The notes: generated by a model not told the origin, from the sequence alone. Numbered from the stretch's first letter, positions 48,162-62,569 are shown. The stretch: 64,000 nt of DNA from Basidiobolus meristosporus CBS 931.73 (GCA_002104905.1 MCFE01000330.1:1-64000), one strand, 5' to 3'. Numbers and translations are program-made.

Positions 48162-49597
48162 AAAAGTTCCAATAAGAGACAGGCAGACAAACATATATTC
48201 ACCAGCACAGCCTTTGTGATGGAAAGGGAGTAGTTCCACTCAAGAAGCACTCTGTCAACATAGCAGTGAAGGACCTGGCAGTGATAAAAACCAGTCTCTA
48301 TCTTAGGAGCCCATCCCATCATACCAAAGAAGAATTATCAACAAGAAAAAGCTGTTTTCACAAGAATTGAAGGCACAACCAGGCAAGCAACACTCAAGTG
48401 AGCTCAACAAGTTTGCAGAGAACAGCAATTAGTTTAACACAGCCTCCATGTCCTTCAGTGCTGACAAAGTAGATATCCCACTGACAGACAATGCAGCTAC
48501 ATCAAGAACTCAAAAGGCTATCACAATGCCTTCAGCAGAACTTTGGAACTTCAATAGGCACATCAAGAGGTTGCAGCACTTCTTCAAGAGCAGTGCTAAA
48601 GAAAATGCACTTGAATATTGCAAGATTTTACTGCAATGACTAGCAGACAAGGTGCTAAACCTTGCAGTGCTGGCTGAAGATCAGGACATATGGGAACCAG
48701 TGAACAGATATTGGCATGAAGCTCTAATGTTCCTGCTAAAGTCATAGAAACAGAGTGTTACAGCAGAAATACTGATTGAGTGGTGAGTTTTAATGCAGTT
48801 ATTTGTTGAGTTTGGGGTTGGACTTAATGCTAGTGTAGGGCATAGGGACTTGCATAGGTCAGTACGATTGGCAATTGATATAGAACTGATGCTTCAACAG
48901 AAATAAATCAATTTGTATGAATGAAAAGTAAGAGGAACAGTTGAGTCAGGAAGCAAGGAGTGTGAAAAAGAGGCAATAGCCAATCAATGCACACAAACTT
49001 AGTAAGTGATAGAGTTTCTGGGGTCAGAGAGTAAAAAAAATGCTAGAGAACCAATCAGAAGTCACTGATGTAATGTTGTGATGAAAAATCTTGACTAAGT
49101 GTTTTGCAAAATCTGGGGTGCATTTACTTTCTGATGGTCTTTGCACTGTGTCCAGACAGGTTCAATACCTCTGAGTCACAGGATTCAGAGTTTGTGATGG
49201 CCTTTTGATGGTATCATCTGTTGTGTTGTATTATGATAAGCTTGGGGACTGCTCTACAATGATGAGGCCAATCAACTATATACAACAACTTCCAGTATGT
49301 AAATACTGAAATAGTCAATTGGGAGTTTGATATACCAACAGAAGATATAACTTTGACTAATATCTTCAGTTTTGGGCTCAATTTATTCTATAGGCAGTGT
49401 TTTCCACTTCAACAGCAGAGTTCTGACCTTCAGTTGACTAATAGGCTAATTACTCATGTAATATATTTTCCTCATTTGGAGTTCACTTTCCTTTCTGACA
49501 AAATCTTTCTAATAAGGAAGTTCTGAGCTCCCCTTTAACCTAAAGGGACGTGGTATAAGGGCTGCTAAAGGGGTCTTTAGACCTAAATGGGTGTTTT

Positions 49598-52500
49598 TGT
49601 AGCTATTTAGGAAGTGATTTGGAAATAAGAAACTTATTAAGAAATAGTGACAATATTAAATTGTTCTTTATTCATGAAGAAGCTCAGTACTTATACCATT
49701 GCAAAAGTAATACAACTGCAGCACCAAGTAAGGAGGGTTTCTCAACATTCAGGAGCATCATGTAACAGTCTTATGGTTATTATGTAATGTTTTGTAAAAG
49801 TGCTAATTTGATCTTGACTTTAGGGGAATAATCAAAGAATTATAGATATGGAGAAAGTGGCAAAGCTAGGGCTGTATGTTAGTCTTATATTGACCACAAC
49901 TTGTCCAAAACTGTTAAGTAAGTTCTTAGCTGCTGAATGAAACCAAATACTCCAATATATCAACACTCCCCCTCAACTAGATAATTTCTTAATCCTAGTA
50001 ACTCACTTTGATTCTCAACTGTGGCCTAGCCAGTGGCTTTGTTGATATATTGGCCACCATTTTGTCAGTTGGGCAGTCAGCTAACTCTACTAAGTTATTT
50101 TTACAGCTTCCCTAACAAAGTAGTGTTGTATATCTATGTACTTAGTTCTGGCATGATTAACAGAATTCCTAGATAATGAATTATAAATTTGATGATTTTT
50201 GTAATTACATGTTGGTTCCTCTGAGTTAAAATCTAATTCTTAGAATAATTTTTGTAGCCATATAGCCTCCTTAGTTGCTTGACAAGCAGCCATATATTTA
50301 GATTCAGTTGCAGATAGGGTCACAGTTGGTTGTTTCTTGCAAATCCTAGTAACAGCTGCACCAGCATAAAGAAATGCATACCTAGTGGTAGAGCATCTGG
50401 CAATCAGCTCTCCCTACACAAATATCAATCAATATAACCATCAACTATTTTCCTATTGGCTGCTCCATAGTATTCCAGTACCATACTTATGGTACCTTAT
50501 AGATAACTGAAAATCCATATAACTGCTGTAGTTTAATCTGATCCATAATTTGCATGAGTTAACTGACTATTCCAACTGCCACTGCAATATTGGGACATGT
50601 TGACACCATCTGATACATCAGGCTACCAACCATTGATTGATAGGGAACGTTCTGGTCCATATTTGAACCTTTTTTACCCAAAACTGGCAGAGATTTCAGC
50701 TTATGGGTGCCTTTTGGATTTGCAGAATCTTGTGGTTGCTCTACATATATAGTTTCTTGCAGATCACCACTTAGAAAGGCTGCTTTGACATCCATTTGGT
50801 GTAGGTCTATACTGTGTACAGCTGCTGAGCATAGAACTGTTGTAATGGAGCTAAACCTGGCAACCAGAGCAAACACTTCCTCAAAGTCTAGTCCTTGGAT
50901 CTTGGAATAGCCTTTAGGTACCAATCTAGCCAAGTACCTATCAATGGTACCATTTGAGATATCTTGATATTATAGACCCATGTACATCCTATTGGCTCTA
51001 TCCCATTTGGTGTATCTACCAGCTCCCACATTTTGCCCTGATCAGAGATTAGTACTCCTCCTACATGGCTTGTTGCCACATAGTAGCATCTGGACTTTGC
51101 ATTACCTGTTCCTAATTCTGAGGTTTGGCACATAAGGCAAGATAAGCTTTCTCATAATTTTTGCATGTCTGCCTCCATGATCCAGGGGCATTTCTTAAAC
51201 TGGTAGATCTCCTAATTGGGATAATCTACTCTGATCTAGAAGTGGTAGAGTTATCTTCTGTGTCTGGCTGAGTTAGGTGCTTATCTTCTTCATTAGAATT
51301 GATTGCATTATCAGGCAGCTGGCTACTAATTTCTGGGGCTTTCTGATATAAATTTGTCTCAAATACAATGTCCCTGATTTAGATCAGCTTCTAGGTTTTG
51401 CCGTCACACACTCTACAACCATTGGTATCCTCACAATACCCAAGAAAGTTATCTTTTCCACTCTTGAGTGCCAACTTTGAGCATTTTTTCAGGGATATGA
51501 TGAAAAACAACACTGCTAAAGATCCTGAGGTGTTGGAAGTTGGATTTTTTGTCTGTATATGCTTCAAAGGGTGTAAGGTTGCATAGTAGTGTAGTTGGGC
51601 ATCCAATCTTAATGATTACTGTGGTAGCAAAAAGTTCAGTGTAAAACTTGCAGTCCATTCCCTTATCATGTGGCATAGATCTTCCCATCTCTACTATTGC
51701 TATATTTGAACATTCTGCTACTCAATTTTGCTGTGGAGTATGTGGAATAGTGGTCTGTTGAAGTATACCTATATATGAGCAGTATTTTTCAAACTCCTTT
51801 TTTATTATTCTCCTCTATTGTTGCTTTGAAGCGCCTTCAGTTTACACCCAATTGGTATTTCTGTCATGTTCTTTAAGTGCTTAAATGTCTTAAATGACTC
51901 ATCCTTAATCTGGTGGAAGTACATCCATGTACACCTTGTCTTGTCATCAATAAACATCATAAAGTATCTCTTGGCTCCAAAGGACAGCATTAGCATGGGC
52001 CCACATATGTCTGAGTGTACAATAGCCAATATTTCAGGGGTGATGATATCTCCTGAGCTCCTGAAATATTGTCTCATTTTTGGTTTGCAATGTGTCCTAG
52101 CCTCCTATGCCACCTCTCTAGTTAGTGTTATTGGTTTCAGCCATGTTGACATACTCAGGCACAATGATCTTGCATTGTAACTTATATATATTGTGATCTC
52201 TGATTTTCAATGATAAATTTTGTCCATTTTCACAAAATAGTGAGCTGCTCAACTTAGTAGAAAAAAATTTCAGTCCCTGATTGGTTGCTTTACTTAATGA
52301 GAGTAGGTTCTTAGCTATTGCAGGCATATAGAGTACATCAGTCAGTTTTGCTGTTATTGCCCCTGAGATATCACTCAAATTTAGCTGTATAGATCCACTG
52401 GTGGTAGCTCCCAGCGCTGTGGTGGTGTATAAGTCCAAGGGAGAGATACGTCCAACACTTCTCAAGTATTTTGTGTGTGGGGTGTTCACTGGGTGCAATA

Positions 52501-54824
52501 ACCTCTGGCAAAAGCTTGCTAGGAATACTTGGGTTCTGTCTCTAATCTAATGTGAAGGGGAATAAAGCCACAAGCTTGTCAAGGGAAAACTATTGAGCTA
52601 CAATCCCCAACTTAGTTGGCGTCTTAACAAAAGTATGTGCTGGGTTCAGCGTCCTTTGAGATGACAATGTTCTAAAGCTTCCAAAGTCAACACAACTGTA
52701 AACTCCACCAGCAGGGACTTGATAAGAATGCAGCTGTGGTCAATAGTTACAAAGACAGAAAAGTATCTTTGCCTGTACAAGAACAAACTTGGGAAAGAAT
52801 CAAATATAATAAAAGATACCTACTCTGAGTATTCCTCACAAGTAGTGCCTCCAAGGTCAGTTGGCTGTCAGCGTGGTTTCCTGGGAGTGTCCTGTGGTCT
52901 AGGGTTGGAAGTTCAGGTAGCAGCAGGTAGCAGTGATCACACTAATCAACAAGTCGGTATATTGATAAAAGGGATGATGATTTATTGTTGAGGGAGAGCC
53001 TCCCTTATATACTTTTCTTACTGGCTAAGTGATTACTAATCATGGTGTTCCAGAAGGTTCTGGATATCAATAGAAATCTTAATGACATCAGAATGACCTA
53101 AGAATGTTCTAAGTAGGTGCTGGAAGGTTCCAAGAGGCACAGCACATCCAACCAATCAGGAATCAGTATTCTGAAACCTGTGTAACATGGGGATACCATA
53201 TATGGTATGGAAATGGTAGGGATGGTGACACGGGTTGATCATGTGTCTTGGGTACTGGCGCGGGTACTTGCCTAATATAGAAGCACTTGTAGCTAGTAAT
53301 CTTACATAAAGTGAGGGGTAACTTATGCAATAAGGTAAGCAGGTGTGATAGTCAACCAGCTTATGGGATAGTACTGATTGGGTAAGACAAATGGGATAAA
53401 ACTAAAATAAGTGTAGTAGAGATATAGGGAAGTGGAAAATAAGGGAATAAGCACATCTGTCAGTGGGTGTCACTGTCACCCCACTACAGCGCAGAGCTCT
53501 CTGCCAGATGAACCTTTCTTATGGGAATAGACTTTAAGTTACTAAGCCGCTTCTTTATACCTAAATATGCTGTGATGCTCCAGAATCATAAACCATTTAT
53601 TACTTTGGTTATTGGCACTCTCTTGTTGAGTTACAAATAACTGCTCATCAGCAGTAATATGGTTTGCCTGCTCTAGTTTCTCTTTTTTGTCTGCGTATTA
53701 CTTTTGGCATTCTTTTGCCCAGTATCCTGGCTCCTTACAGCAGTTACATCAATCAGGTCTTTTTTGGTTCTATTGCTTTCCCTTGTTTTCTGTTTGCCTT
53801 TTGAAGCTGCATTATCTTTAATTTTCTCTGCTTGATTGTTAAGTCTGAGTTCTTCATGAAGAAGTCTTCTTTTCACATAGTCCAAAGTAAGTTGTTTTTA
53901 TGCTTCCAAATGATTGTATGAGTGGCACATACTTGTCTGGTAAGCTGCACAGCAGACAGAGTATCTTTTCTTCATCATCCACACCAGCACTAATGCTGTA
54001 AAGTTCTTCTGCAAGCAGCTCGATTCTGCAAATGAGTTTCAGCATTTCATCATCTAGCTTCTTCCTCATTTTGAAGAACTTTTGTTGTACATAAAGCTTG
54101 CTTGATACTGACCTTGCTCTAACAACTTTCTCCAAGTATTTCCATGCTACTTTGGCAGTACTTGAATCATGAGTCTGTCCAATGAAGGAATCTTGCACAT
54201 TGATACATATGGCATTAAAGGCCTTTCTCTCCTTCTCTTAAAACTTCTCCACTTCTTCTGCTGTTCCTTTGGGCTCAACTACTTTTGCTGTCACTTTATA
54301 TCAAGGCTTTCTTTCCTGAAGGTGGATCTGCATCTCAATTCTTCAAGCTTGATAGTTCATCCCATCAAACCTCTCCTTTATAGGGAAGATGATTGCATTG
54401 TTCTGTTTGCTGGTAGACGTCATTTTAGAATAGATTAAGGCAATTGGGGCTTGTAACCTGTTGCAATTTAAGAAGTGAATTGGATATAATTAACTTATCA
54501 AGAAATAGTGATCACAGCTGAACTGTTGTTGACTGATAAAGAAGCTCAGTATTATATCTCTGTAGGAGTCAATCAACTGTAACACTAAGTAAGGGGGGAT
54601 TCTCAACATTTGGGAGCATTCTGTTACAGTCTCAGGATTAGTAAATAATGCTTGGTAAAAGTGCTAATTTAATCTTGACTATGGGGAATACTCATAGGAT
54701 CATAGATCCAAAGAAAGTGGCAAGATTAGCACTGTAAGCTAGTCTAACAGTGACCAAGACTAGTCCAGAAGTGTTAAGCAAATTTTTGCTGCTGAATGAT
54801 ACCAAATTGTACAATAGTTCAGCA
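49598..54824 (-). mobile_element. Degenerate Ty1/copia LTR retrotransposon, TSD GTTTT, with an internal solo-LTR insertion
   Basis: Diverged ~366-bp LTRs at 49598-49965 and 54459-54824, both flanked by GTTTT. PBS-like GGTTACAAGCCCC and PPT GAGGGGGAG. In order: gag (AKVAWKYLEKV..SKLYVQQKFF), zinc-knuckle remnant, protease DSGASQHI, integrase IVHSDICGPM..FIDDKTR, RT ARLVPKGYSKIQGLDFEEVFA..HQMDVKAAFL, RNase H remnant. Many stops and a deletion in RT. Confidence 0.93.
52418..53488 (-). mobile_element. Solo LTR (1071 bp) inserted in the copia protease region, 4-bp TSD GCGC
   Basis: gcgc|TGTGGTGG...CCACTACA|gcgc. Removing it with one GCGC restores KVHLAESSALGATTSGSIQL in the copia frame. TATA-like TATATAAGGG on the minus strand. 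Confidence 0.85.
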
Positions 54825-54941
54825 GTTTTAGCAAATAGGGGCTTCTTACAGTGCTCTGAAGTGAACTTTTTCCTAAAGGGGTGCCTGAAAAGCTTCCTTG
54901 GAGCAAAGGGGTCTATAGAGGGGTCCTTGGACAGAAAGCAC

Positions 54942-55745
54942 TGTGGTAGGGTAAACATACCTCCCACAGACAAGTTTATTCATATAGTCATTATGATATA
55001 CTTATCCAGATTTTATCTTATCAGTATTATCCCAATCTTCTTTTGCCCATATTATCAGTATTATCCCCATATGATGTTTACCCTGATTAGTTATTAGCAT
55101 TAGTTATCCCAGATGGTATTCAGCTTTGTGATTGTCATATGTACCTACATAAGGCAAGTACCCGCGTCAGTACCCGTGACACATGACCTAAGTCTGTGTT
55201 ACCATCCCTACCATTTCAATACCATATATGGTATTTCTATGTTGCACAGGTTTTGGACCACTGATTCCTGATTGGTTGAATGTGCTGTGCCTTTTAGAAC
55301 CTTCCAGGACATTCTTGGCATATTTTTGGCTCATAGTGATGTCATCAAGAATTCCACTGATACCTAGAATCTTCTAGAACATTGTCATTAGTAATCACTT
55401 GGCAATCAGGAAAAGTATTTAAGGGAAAGCAATCCCTCATCAACAAATCATCCCTTCTATTAGTAACACTTTTACCTTATTAATTAGCAGTTGATAACTG
55501 CACCTGCCTTCAACAGTACATCTCAGACCTGCCATCAAGGAGCTTTTCAGGGTAGTGCACAAGACACACAGAGGCCTTTGGAGACACTTGGGGCACCTAG
55601 GAAGCTAGAGAAGCAGGAGCTTTTACCATAGTGACATATTGACAAGGACACCAGCAGCTTAGACACAGAGGTTATTGCACCCATCAGTCACCTCACACAC
55701 CTTGAGTTGTGTAGCTTCTCCCAGGAGTACCTCTACACCACCACA
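54942..55745 (+). mobile_element. Solo LTR (804 bp), same family as 52418-53488 in the opposite orientation, TSD GCAC/GCGC
   Basis: gcac|TGTGGTAG...CCACCACA|gcgc. 55150-55500 is the reverse complement homolog of 52930-53280. The left TSD differs from GCGC by a CG->CA change. Confidence 0.8.
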
Positions 55746-58700
55746 GCGCATCCAGAGGGGTGTCTAAAGAGTAAAGTGGTCTCTTAGAGAGGACTTTTCC
55801 AACTGGAAGGTGGAGGTTTTCTTGCAGACTTAAATTGGATTCTAATGAGCTTGACAGTGTCTGTACTGATGTAGTACCAATCAATGTCAGAATAACCAGC
55901 AGTGCAGGTTATGTTTGGGAAATCTTATAGCCTTTAGACTAGTAATTATAGTGTGGATATTTTAGAAAGTGCAGCACCTGTGAGAAGCTCATGTGACCTG
56001 ACTGTCTTGTTCAAAAGACTCATACAATCAAAGTCTCCATAGTAATGCTTGCAATAGAGGCCTAAAATATATGCAATTGGACTCTTTGGATCATAATTCC
56101 TTAAGTACTGCTTCAAATGAGTTGTACCTTAAAACATGCATGACTACTGGGCATTCTACTGGTCTTAATATACTTAGGTGGGCTGCTTTTCAGGATCTTG
56201 GGCAACTGCCCTTCAAAGTTGGAAATTCTTGATCTTTCACTTATGTGTTTTAATGATAAAAAGCAAGATAAAGAAATCAATGCACATTGGTTTTGAGATA
56301 TTGTTGTAATCAAATACTTTCTATTACCAGATACAACAATTATCTCTCATAGCATTGGTACCATTTATATTTTTGCTGAGCAAGTACTCTGCCAGCCAAT
56401 CCTGCTGGCCACTTATTCTCATCACTGTGAATCTGCCCCAATCTTACCAAAGTAGAGTAGAAAGCTGATGGTGGTCTCATTGATACCGGGACCATAATCA
56501 CTGTCCAACCTGCACTACAACCAGTATCTCTTTCTAGACAGGTTCTGTATGCAATTTAGCAGGATACTGGTAATTGACAGTGATGTCAAAGTACATATTA
56601 TTATTGGAATTGAAGATATACTAGCCATCAGCAAGATAACTGGCTCTTCTGGGAAATGGATAGTACTGCTCTCAGATGTCTGAGATCCAGGGGCCTTACT
56701 CCACAACTCAAAGACACTATTATTATGAAAGCACCCATACTCAAGACAGCATCTTCCCACAGAGAGAACATACTAAAGTCAGCATGCAATTACAGCAAAG
56801 TTAGTATTTGACTTGTTGCATTGTACTGTGCCAGGGTGTGCAGCGCAATCTGCAGTCTTTAAGAACTATTGGGTGCAATATTGAAGCTACCAGTAGACAG
56901 GATTGCTCTTGGACAATTTTGTACCATGTGGGACAATCTTGCACACTATGGCAAAATCCGACACAATGAGGTTGGCATGAATGATTGCACCCACTTGTAA
57001 TGTTTGCATCACATGCGCAATTGGATACTGCTATTATGGTAGGTAAAATCTGGTATTTGGATATGTTTCTTCAATGCAAATGGAAATAAGTGCATATCAC
57101 ACTATAAACTACACTAATACCTACCATTTTGGTTACCATCACTCCAATTGGATGGTATCTCAGTGGTTAATTGGTCCAAAAGTATCCTGAAGCTTTCAGC
57201 CCCCAATTGGCTCTTTGACCAATACACAAGCTACCTGATCTGCCATCAAATATTCCATTTTGCCCATTAAGCAAGTAAATCCCTGATCCTAGTGATTGGA
57301 CAAGGTGTCATAGCCAGCACACAATCAATTGTATGGGTGCAAATCAGATCAGATGGCTGCACTGGTGCCACAGAGGATGTATACATATGCAGGGTGTTTA
57401 TTCATAGGGGTCCTGTCTTGAATGTGTGACAGCCTTGATATTGTTTATATCTGAAATTTAGTGATCACTGATTTGAGATGGCCCAATGCGGATTGCAAAA
57501 AAAAGTGTTGTTTGGATCGATACGGATAATAGCAATTCAATGCAATTGCATCATCTCCTAGGCTTTTTTCTCACAGGGATTACTACTGAAGCATTTGGTA
57601 GTGATTAACTTTGCACACCTAAACTACTTTCTTGTTGACTGTCCTCTTGGCTACTTGTGTATTTATAGTCAGTATTTTGCCTCCTAGTTGATGAGTGCAA
57701 TGCTGCAGCTTGGCCATGCTGAGTTGCACCAGATGATGCAACTGAGCTGGCCTGCAGTGCTATGCGCTGACAAATTCTTTTCTTGCCAAAGGCTCTGGTG
57801 GTGGAGGCAATCATGTGGGTCATCATCCGTCAGTTCACCAGAAGTAACTTGTTGATGGTCAGGTGTAATGGCACACACAGACACAACTTGATGCACTGGC
57901 ATGGCCCTTGGCTGAGTTCAATGTGATACTGCTTGTTGACGCAACTTGGCCCGCTCCAATGGTCTTGTGTCTTTTTGAGCAGTCTGGCGGGTTCTGGTGG
58001 TTTTGCTCTGAAGCACACACGTTGACCCAATATGCATTGAGTCAATGTGAAGCACTCTTGTGAAGGGTGATGGCATAGTTTGGACTGATGGGTGCCGGCA
58101 CACTGAAGTTGTAAGGGATGGTAAGGAATCCAGCAAGGTGTGCTGGCGCAATCTAGACAATGTTGTTTGCGGTTTGTATTCCTCCTCTTGGAGCTCACAT
58201 TCTGATTCCTCAGGGTGTTCACTTACCCTCTGTCTAATACTTTGAAACTGTTGCCTGGATGAGTCTTGTGTATATTGCTCTTGGAAGCCACTTAGCTCTA
58301 CAAATATATAATGTAATACATCAGTCATTTGAGGTAAAAACTCATTCAAAATCCCTTTGGTTCCCTAATTCAGTGTCCAAAGGGCGCATCCAGCCTGTAC
58401 TGAGCAAATTGCATGCAAAATCATTCCCCTGTGGCTTCCTCATCAAATCCCCTCACTCTCAGCTCATTCTTGATTTTAATACTTCTCTTGTTATATATCT
58501 TCTTATATACATCCGCTGGCATCTTGATGTAGAACTCATGCCACAGCTTTCTACTCAGGCTCTTCCATCTCTGTTGACTCTCCAAGGTATCTAGTTCTGC
58601 AAGATTAATGAGTAGTGCCCAAATATCTGTATGAAGGCTCATCATAGATACTAGGGCCATACTGAAATCATTTGGCAAGAACTCAAACAGATCCAACATT

Positions 58701-59693
58701 GCCTTTTCCAGTCTGGACCGTGCTTGTGAGCTGGGGGATGGGTTTTATCTGGGTTAAGCTAAAGGTGAGTTGAGACTTGGTATAGGGACCATAGTGACGG
58801 ATTTGGATACTTATACAGTAGTGTATTGGCATCAACCTGGTCTTATATGAGAAATATATGACACCTAATGTGATTGTTGAATTTTCCATACATTATGCAT
58901 AATGCATCTTGGATTGCATTGACATGGATCAAATGACATCAATTACAGATTAGACTTGTTCCATTGTACCGTGCCAGGGCGTGCAGCGCAATCCGCAGTT
59001 GTAAAGAACAATTGGGCGCAATATTATAGCTACCAGAAGGAAGGATTGTTCCTGGACAATTTTGCACTATGCGGGCCAATCTTGCACACTATGGCACAAT
59101 CTGACATGATAAGGTCGGAACGGATGATTGCACCAACTTGTAATGTTTGCATCACGTGCGCAATTGGATACCGCCATTATGGCAGGTAAAATCCAGTATT
59201 TGGATATGTTTCTTTAATGTAAATGGAAATAAATGTGTATCACACTATAAACTACAGTAATACTTACCATTTTGGTTACCCTCACTCCAGTTGGACAGTA
59301 TCTCAGTGGTTAATTGGTCCAAAAGTATCCTGAAGCTGGCAGCCCCCAATTGGCTCTTTGACCAATACACAAGCTACCTGATTTGCCATCAAATATCCCA
59401 TTTTGCTCATTGAGCAAGTAAATCCCTGATCCTAGTGATTGGACAAGGTGTCATAGCCAGCACGCAAGCAATTGTGTAGGTGCAAAACAGATCCAATAGC
59501 TGCACTGGTATTACAGATGACATATATATATGCAGGGTGTTTATTTATAGGGGTTCTGTCTCAAATATGAGATGACCTTGATATTACTTATATCAAAAAT
59601 TTGATGGTCACTGATTTGCAATGGCTTGATTTGGATTGCAAAAAAAAAGGGTTGTTGGGATCATTACAAATGTGAGCAATTCAAAGCAATTGC

Positions 59694-60941
59694 ATCATCT
59701 TCTCCTGGGTTTTTTTCTCACAGGGATTACTACTGAAGCATTTGGTAGTGACTCACTTTGCACACCTATACTACTTCCTGGCTGACTATCATCTTGGCTA
59801 CTTGTGTATTTGTAGTCAGTATTTTGCCTCCTAGTTGATGAGTGCAATGCTACAGCTTGGCCACGCTAAATTGCTCCGACTGAACCAACTGAACCGGCCT
59901 GTAGTGCCACGTGCTGACACGTTCTTTTACTTGCCAAGGGCACCGGTGCTTGAGGCACTTCATGTTGGTCATCATCAGTCAGTTCACCAGAAGTAACTTG
60001 CTGATGGTCAGGCAAAATGGCACGCGCAGGTGTGCCTTGACACGTTGAGATGGCCCTTGGCTGAGTTTGATGTGATGCTGCAAGTTGACGCAACTTGGTC
60101 CGCTCCAATGGACTTGTGTCTAAATGAGCAGTTTGGCGAGTTCTTGTATTTTTGCTCTGAAGTGCGCGCGTTGACCCGACGCACGTTGACTCAATGCGGG
60201 GTGTTCTAGTAAAGGGTGTTGGCGTACTCTGGACTGACATGCGCAGGCGCGCTGTGGTTGCAAGAGATGGTAGGGAATCCAGCAAGGCATGCTGGCACAA
60301 TCTGGATGATGTTGCTTGTGGTCTGTATTCTTCCTCCTGAAGCTCACCATCTGATTCCTCAAGGTATTCACTTACCCTCTGTCTGATGCTTTGGAGCTGT
60401 TGCCTGTATGAGCCCTGTGTATATTGCTCTTAGAAGCCACTTAGCTCTACTAATATATCACGTAGTACATTAGTCATTTGAGGCAAAAACTCATTCAAAA
60501 TCTCTCAGGTTCCCAAAGTTGAGGCATGAACGGACGCGTCCAGCCCATACTGTGCAAATTGCGTGCAAAATTGCTCCCGCGCGGCTTCTTTGTCAAATCC
60601 CCTCACTCTCAGCTCATTCTTGATTTCAATACTTGTCTTGTATATATCTTTTTACTTACATTGGCCGGCATCTTGATGTAGAACTCATGCCACAGCTTTC
60701 TACTCAAATTCTTCCATCTTTGTCGGCTCTCTGAGGTATCTAGTTCTGCTAGATTAATCAGTAGTGCCCAAATATCTGTATGAAGGCTCATCATAGACAC
60801 TTGGGCCATACTAAAATCATTTGGCAAGAACTTGAACGGATCCAACACCAACTTTTCCGGTCCGGACCGTGCTTGTGAGCTGGGGGATGGGTTTTGTCTG
60901 GGTTGTACTGAAGATGAGTTGAGGCTTGGTATGGGGACCAT
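59694..60941 (-). pseudogene. PHIS ORF2 of copy E, frameshifted
   Basis: Fragments 60609-60941 and 59866-60300 match ORF2 of copy A. The frame breaks after KKIY. Confidence 0.75.
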
Positions 60942-61300
60942 AGCAACAGATTTGGATATTTATACAGCAGTATATTGGCATCAACCTGGTCTTATATGAA
61001 ATACATATGAAAACTAATGTGATTGTTGTATTTTCCATATATTATGCATGATGCATCTTGGATTGTGTTGACACAGATCAGATCACATCAATTGCAGATT
61101 TCCTATATGATTATAGACCTATGATTAAAGCATCAATAAAAGTACCAAGGCATTGTTTGCGGATGACTTTTGCAACATAATGATGGGATACATGGCAATT
61201 GATGGAGATTTAACCATAATGTATTAAAAATCAGATAAATAAGGTGGATTGTGCCAAATCAATTCAAACCACCTTAATACAATCATCCACCAATTTCAAT

Positions 61301-62185
61301 ATGACTTACTCATCTGAATGGTCTTTTCTCATCAATCCCATCACTACCATTGGATTTCCTTTTGACACACTAGAGGAGATCTATTCCAAGTACTGTGGAC
61401 CATCAACCCCAATCTACTCAAGGAGATCCCTTGTCAAGCTTCTCTGCTATTACAAGAACTATTGCCCTACAAGGTTTCATCCCACCATCCATGGCAACAA
61501 AAGTCCTAGAAGCTTTCATTCCCAGCTGACAGCAATGGAGAACCACCTTGCAGAGGGTATGAATGACTTAGAGCAAGCTTGGAATATTAGGTTCAGAAGC
61601 TCCAATAGACTTCCATATCCCAGAGTGTTCAGCAACAGGTTCCATATCAGGAGTATTTTGGATACCTTCCCAGTGAGGATTAACAGACCTTCTAGAGGGC
61701 AGAGGCACTTTTATTCTGGCAAGTACAAGGCACACTGTGTGAAGTTTCAAGCACTGTCTGACATTGAGGGTAGCATCATCTGGTTTAGTGGGCCATTTGC
61801 TGGAAGTAGGCATGACAAAGCAATCTGGGTAGAGAATCATCCTGAATTCAGTAGAGGGGAGAAATGTATGGCAGACTTAGCTTTTATAGGAGAGGATTAT
61901 CAGAGATTAGGATGTATTACAGCCCATTGGAAGCCAAGGAATGGTGTACTTAGCAGGAGGCAGAAGCTCTACAATGAGATATTTAATCATTTCAGAGTAA
62001 GGGTAGAGCACACATTTGGATATCTGAAGAGATTCAGCATATTGGCCGGTAAATACAGAGGAAAGTCGTATATAGGAGAAAACAGCAGAATAGGTAAAAT
62101 AGTTAAGATACTTATCAATGCACAGTATGTTCATACAAGGAGACATCCACTGAGAGAAATGTGTCTGGAGCATTATGAAGAGTAA
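61301..62185 (+). CDS. DDE transposase of copy E, 294 aa, intact
   Basis: Near-identical to 44106-44990 with the D-D-E motifs retained. ATG at 61301 matches the start in copy A. Confidence 0.9.
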   Translation: MTYSSEWSFLINPITTIGFPFDTLEEIYSKYCGPSTPIYSRRSLVKLLCYYKNYCPTRFHPTIHGNKSPRSFHSQLTAMENHLAEGMNDLEQAWNIRFRSSNRLPYPRVFSNRFHIRSILDTFPVRINRPSRGQRHFYSGKYKAHCVKFQALSDIEGSIIWFSGPFAGSRHDKAIWVENHPEFSRGEKCMADLAFIGEDYQRLGCITAHWKPRNGVLSRRQKLYNEIFNHFRVRVEHTFGYLKRFSILAGKYRGKSYIGENSRIGKIVKILINAQYVHTRRHPLREMCLEHYEE

Positions 62186-62569
62186 ATAAAGCAAGGAAAG
62201 CACTATTCTGAGCAGCATAAGTAAGATTGAGTAAAATTACCAGTAACTGTATCATACCACAGGCATCATGGTAGAAATTATAGTGCCAGATAGTGCCGTA
62301 GAGTGCCAGATTGATCCGGCACCATAAACAGGCTGGCACTATGTGGCACTATCCAACAGAACAAGTCTATTTCCTATTTGATTATAGACTTGTGAGTAGA
62401 ACATCAATAAAAAACCCAGTCATTGTTTGAGGATGATTTTTGCAACATAATGATGGGATACATGGCAATTGATGGAGATTTAATCATAATGCATGGAAAA
62501 TCAGATAAATAAGGCTGATTGTGCCAAATCAAATCAAAGCATCTCAGCCTGATCCTTTCCAATTTTAAT

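Larger units (their letters stand above)
43260..49250 (+). mobile_element. Second CACTA/EnSpm-like relic, hosting PHIS copy A and a solo LTR
   Basis: 43260-43810 aligns with 37030-37570. 48400-49230 is the reverse complement homolog of 34360-35200 (shared ENALEYCK.LLQ.LAD.VL.L.VLAED.DIWE). Boundaries approximate. Confidence 0.55.
58952..62368. mobile_element. PHIS (Pangu-like) element copy E, 3417 bp, TSD ATT
   Basis: att|AGACTTGTTCCATTGTACCGTGCC...ATCCAACAGAACAAGTCT|att. Opposite orientation to copy A. Confidence 0.95.

Noticed and set aside
52400-53480. Alternative boundaries for the insert in copia (GGTG..CACC ends with CCACT TSD)
   Set aside because: These do not restore the copia protease frame, whereas TGT..ACA with GCGC does and also fits the second copy.
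61244-61300. 19-aa N-terminal extension of the copy E transposase
   Set aside because: It starts at a GTG produced by CpG decay, and copy A starts at the ATG equivalent to 61301.
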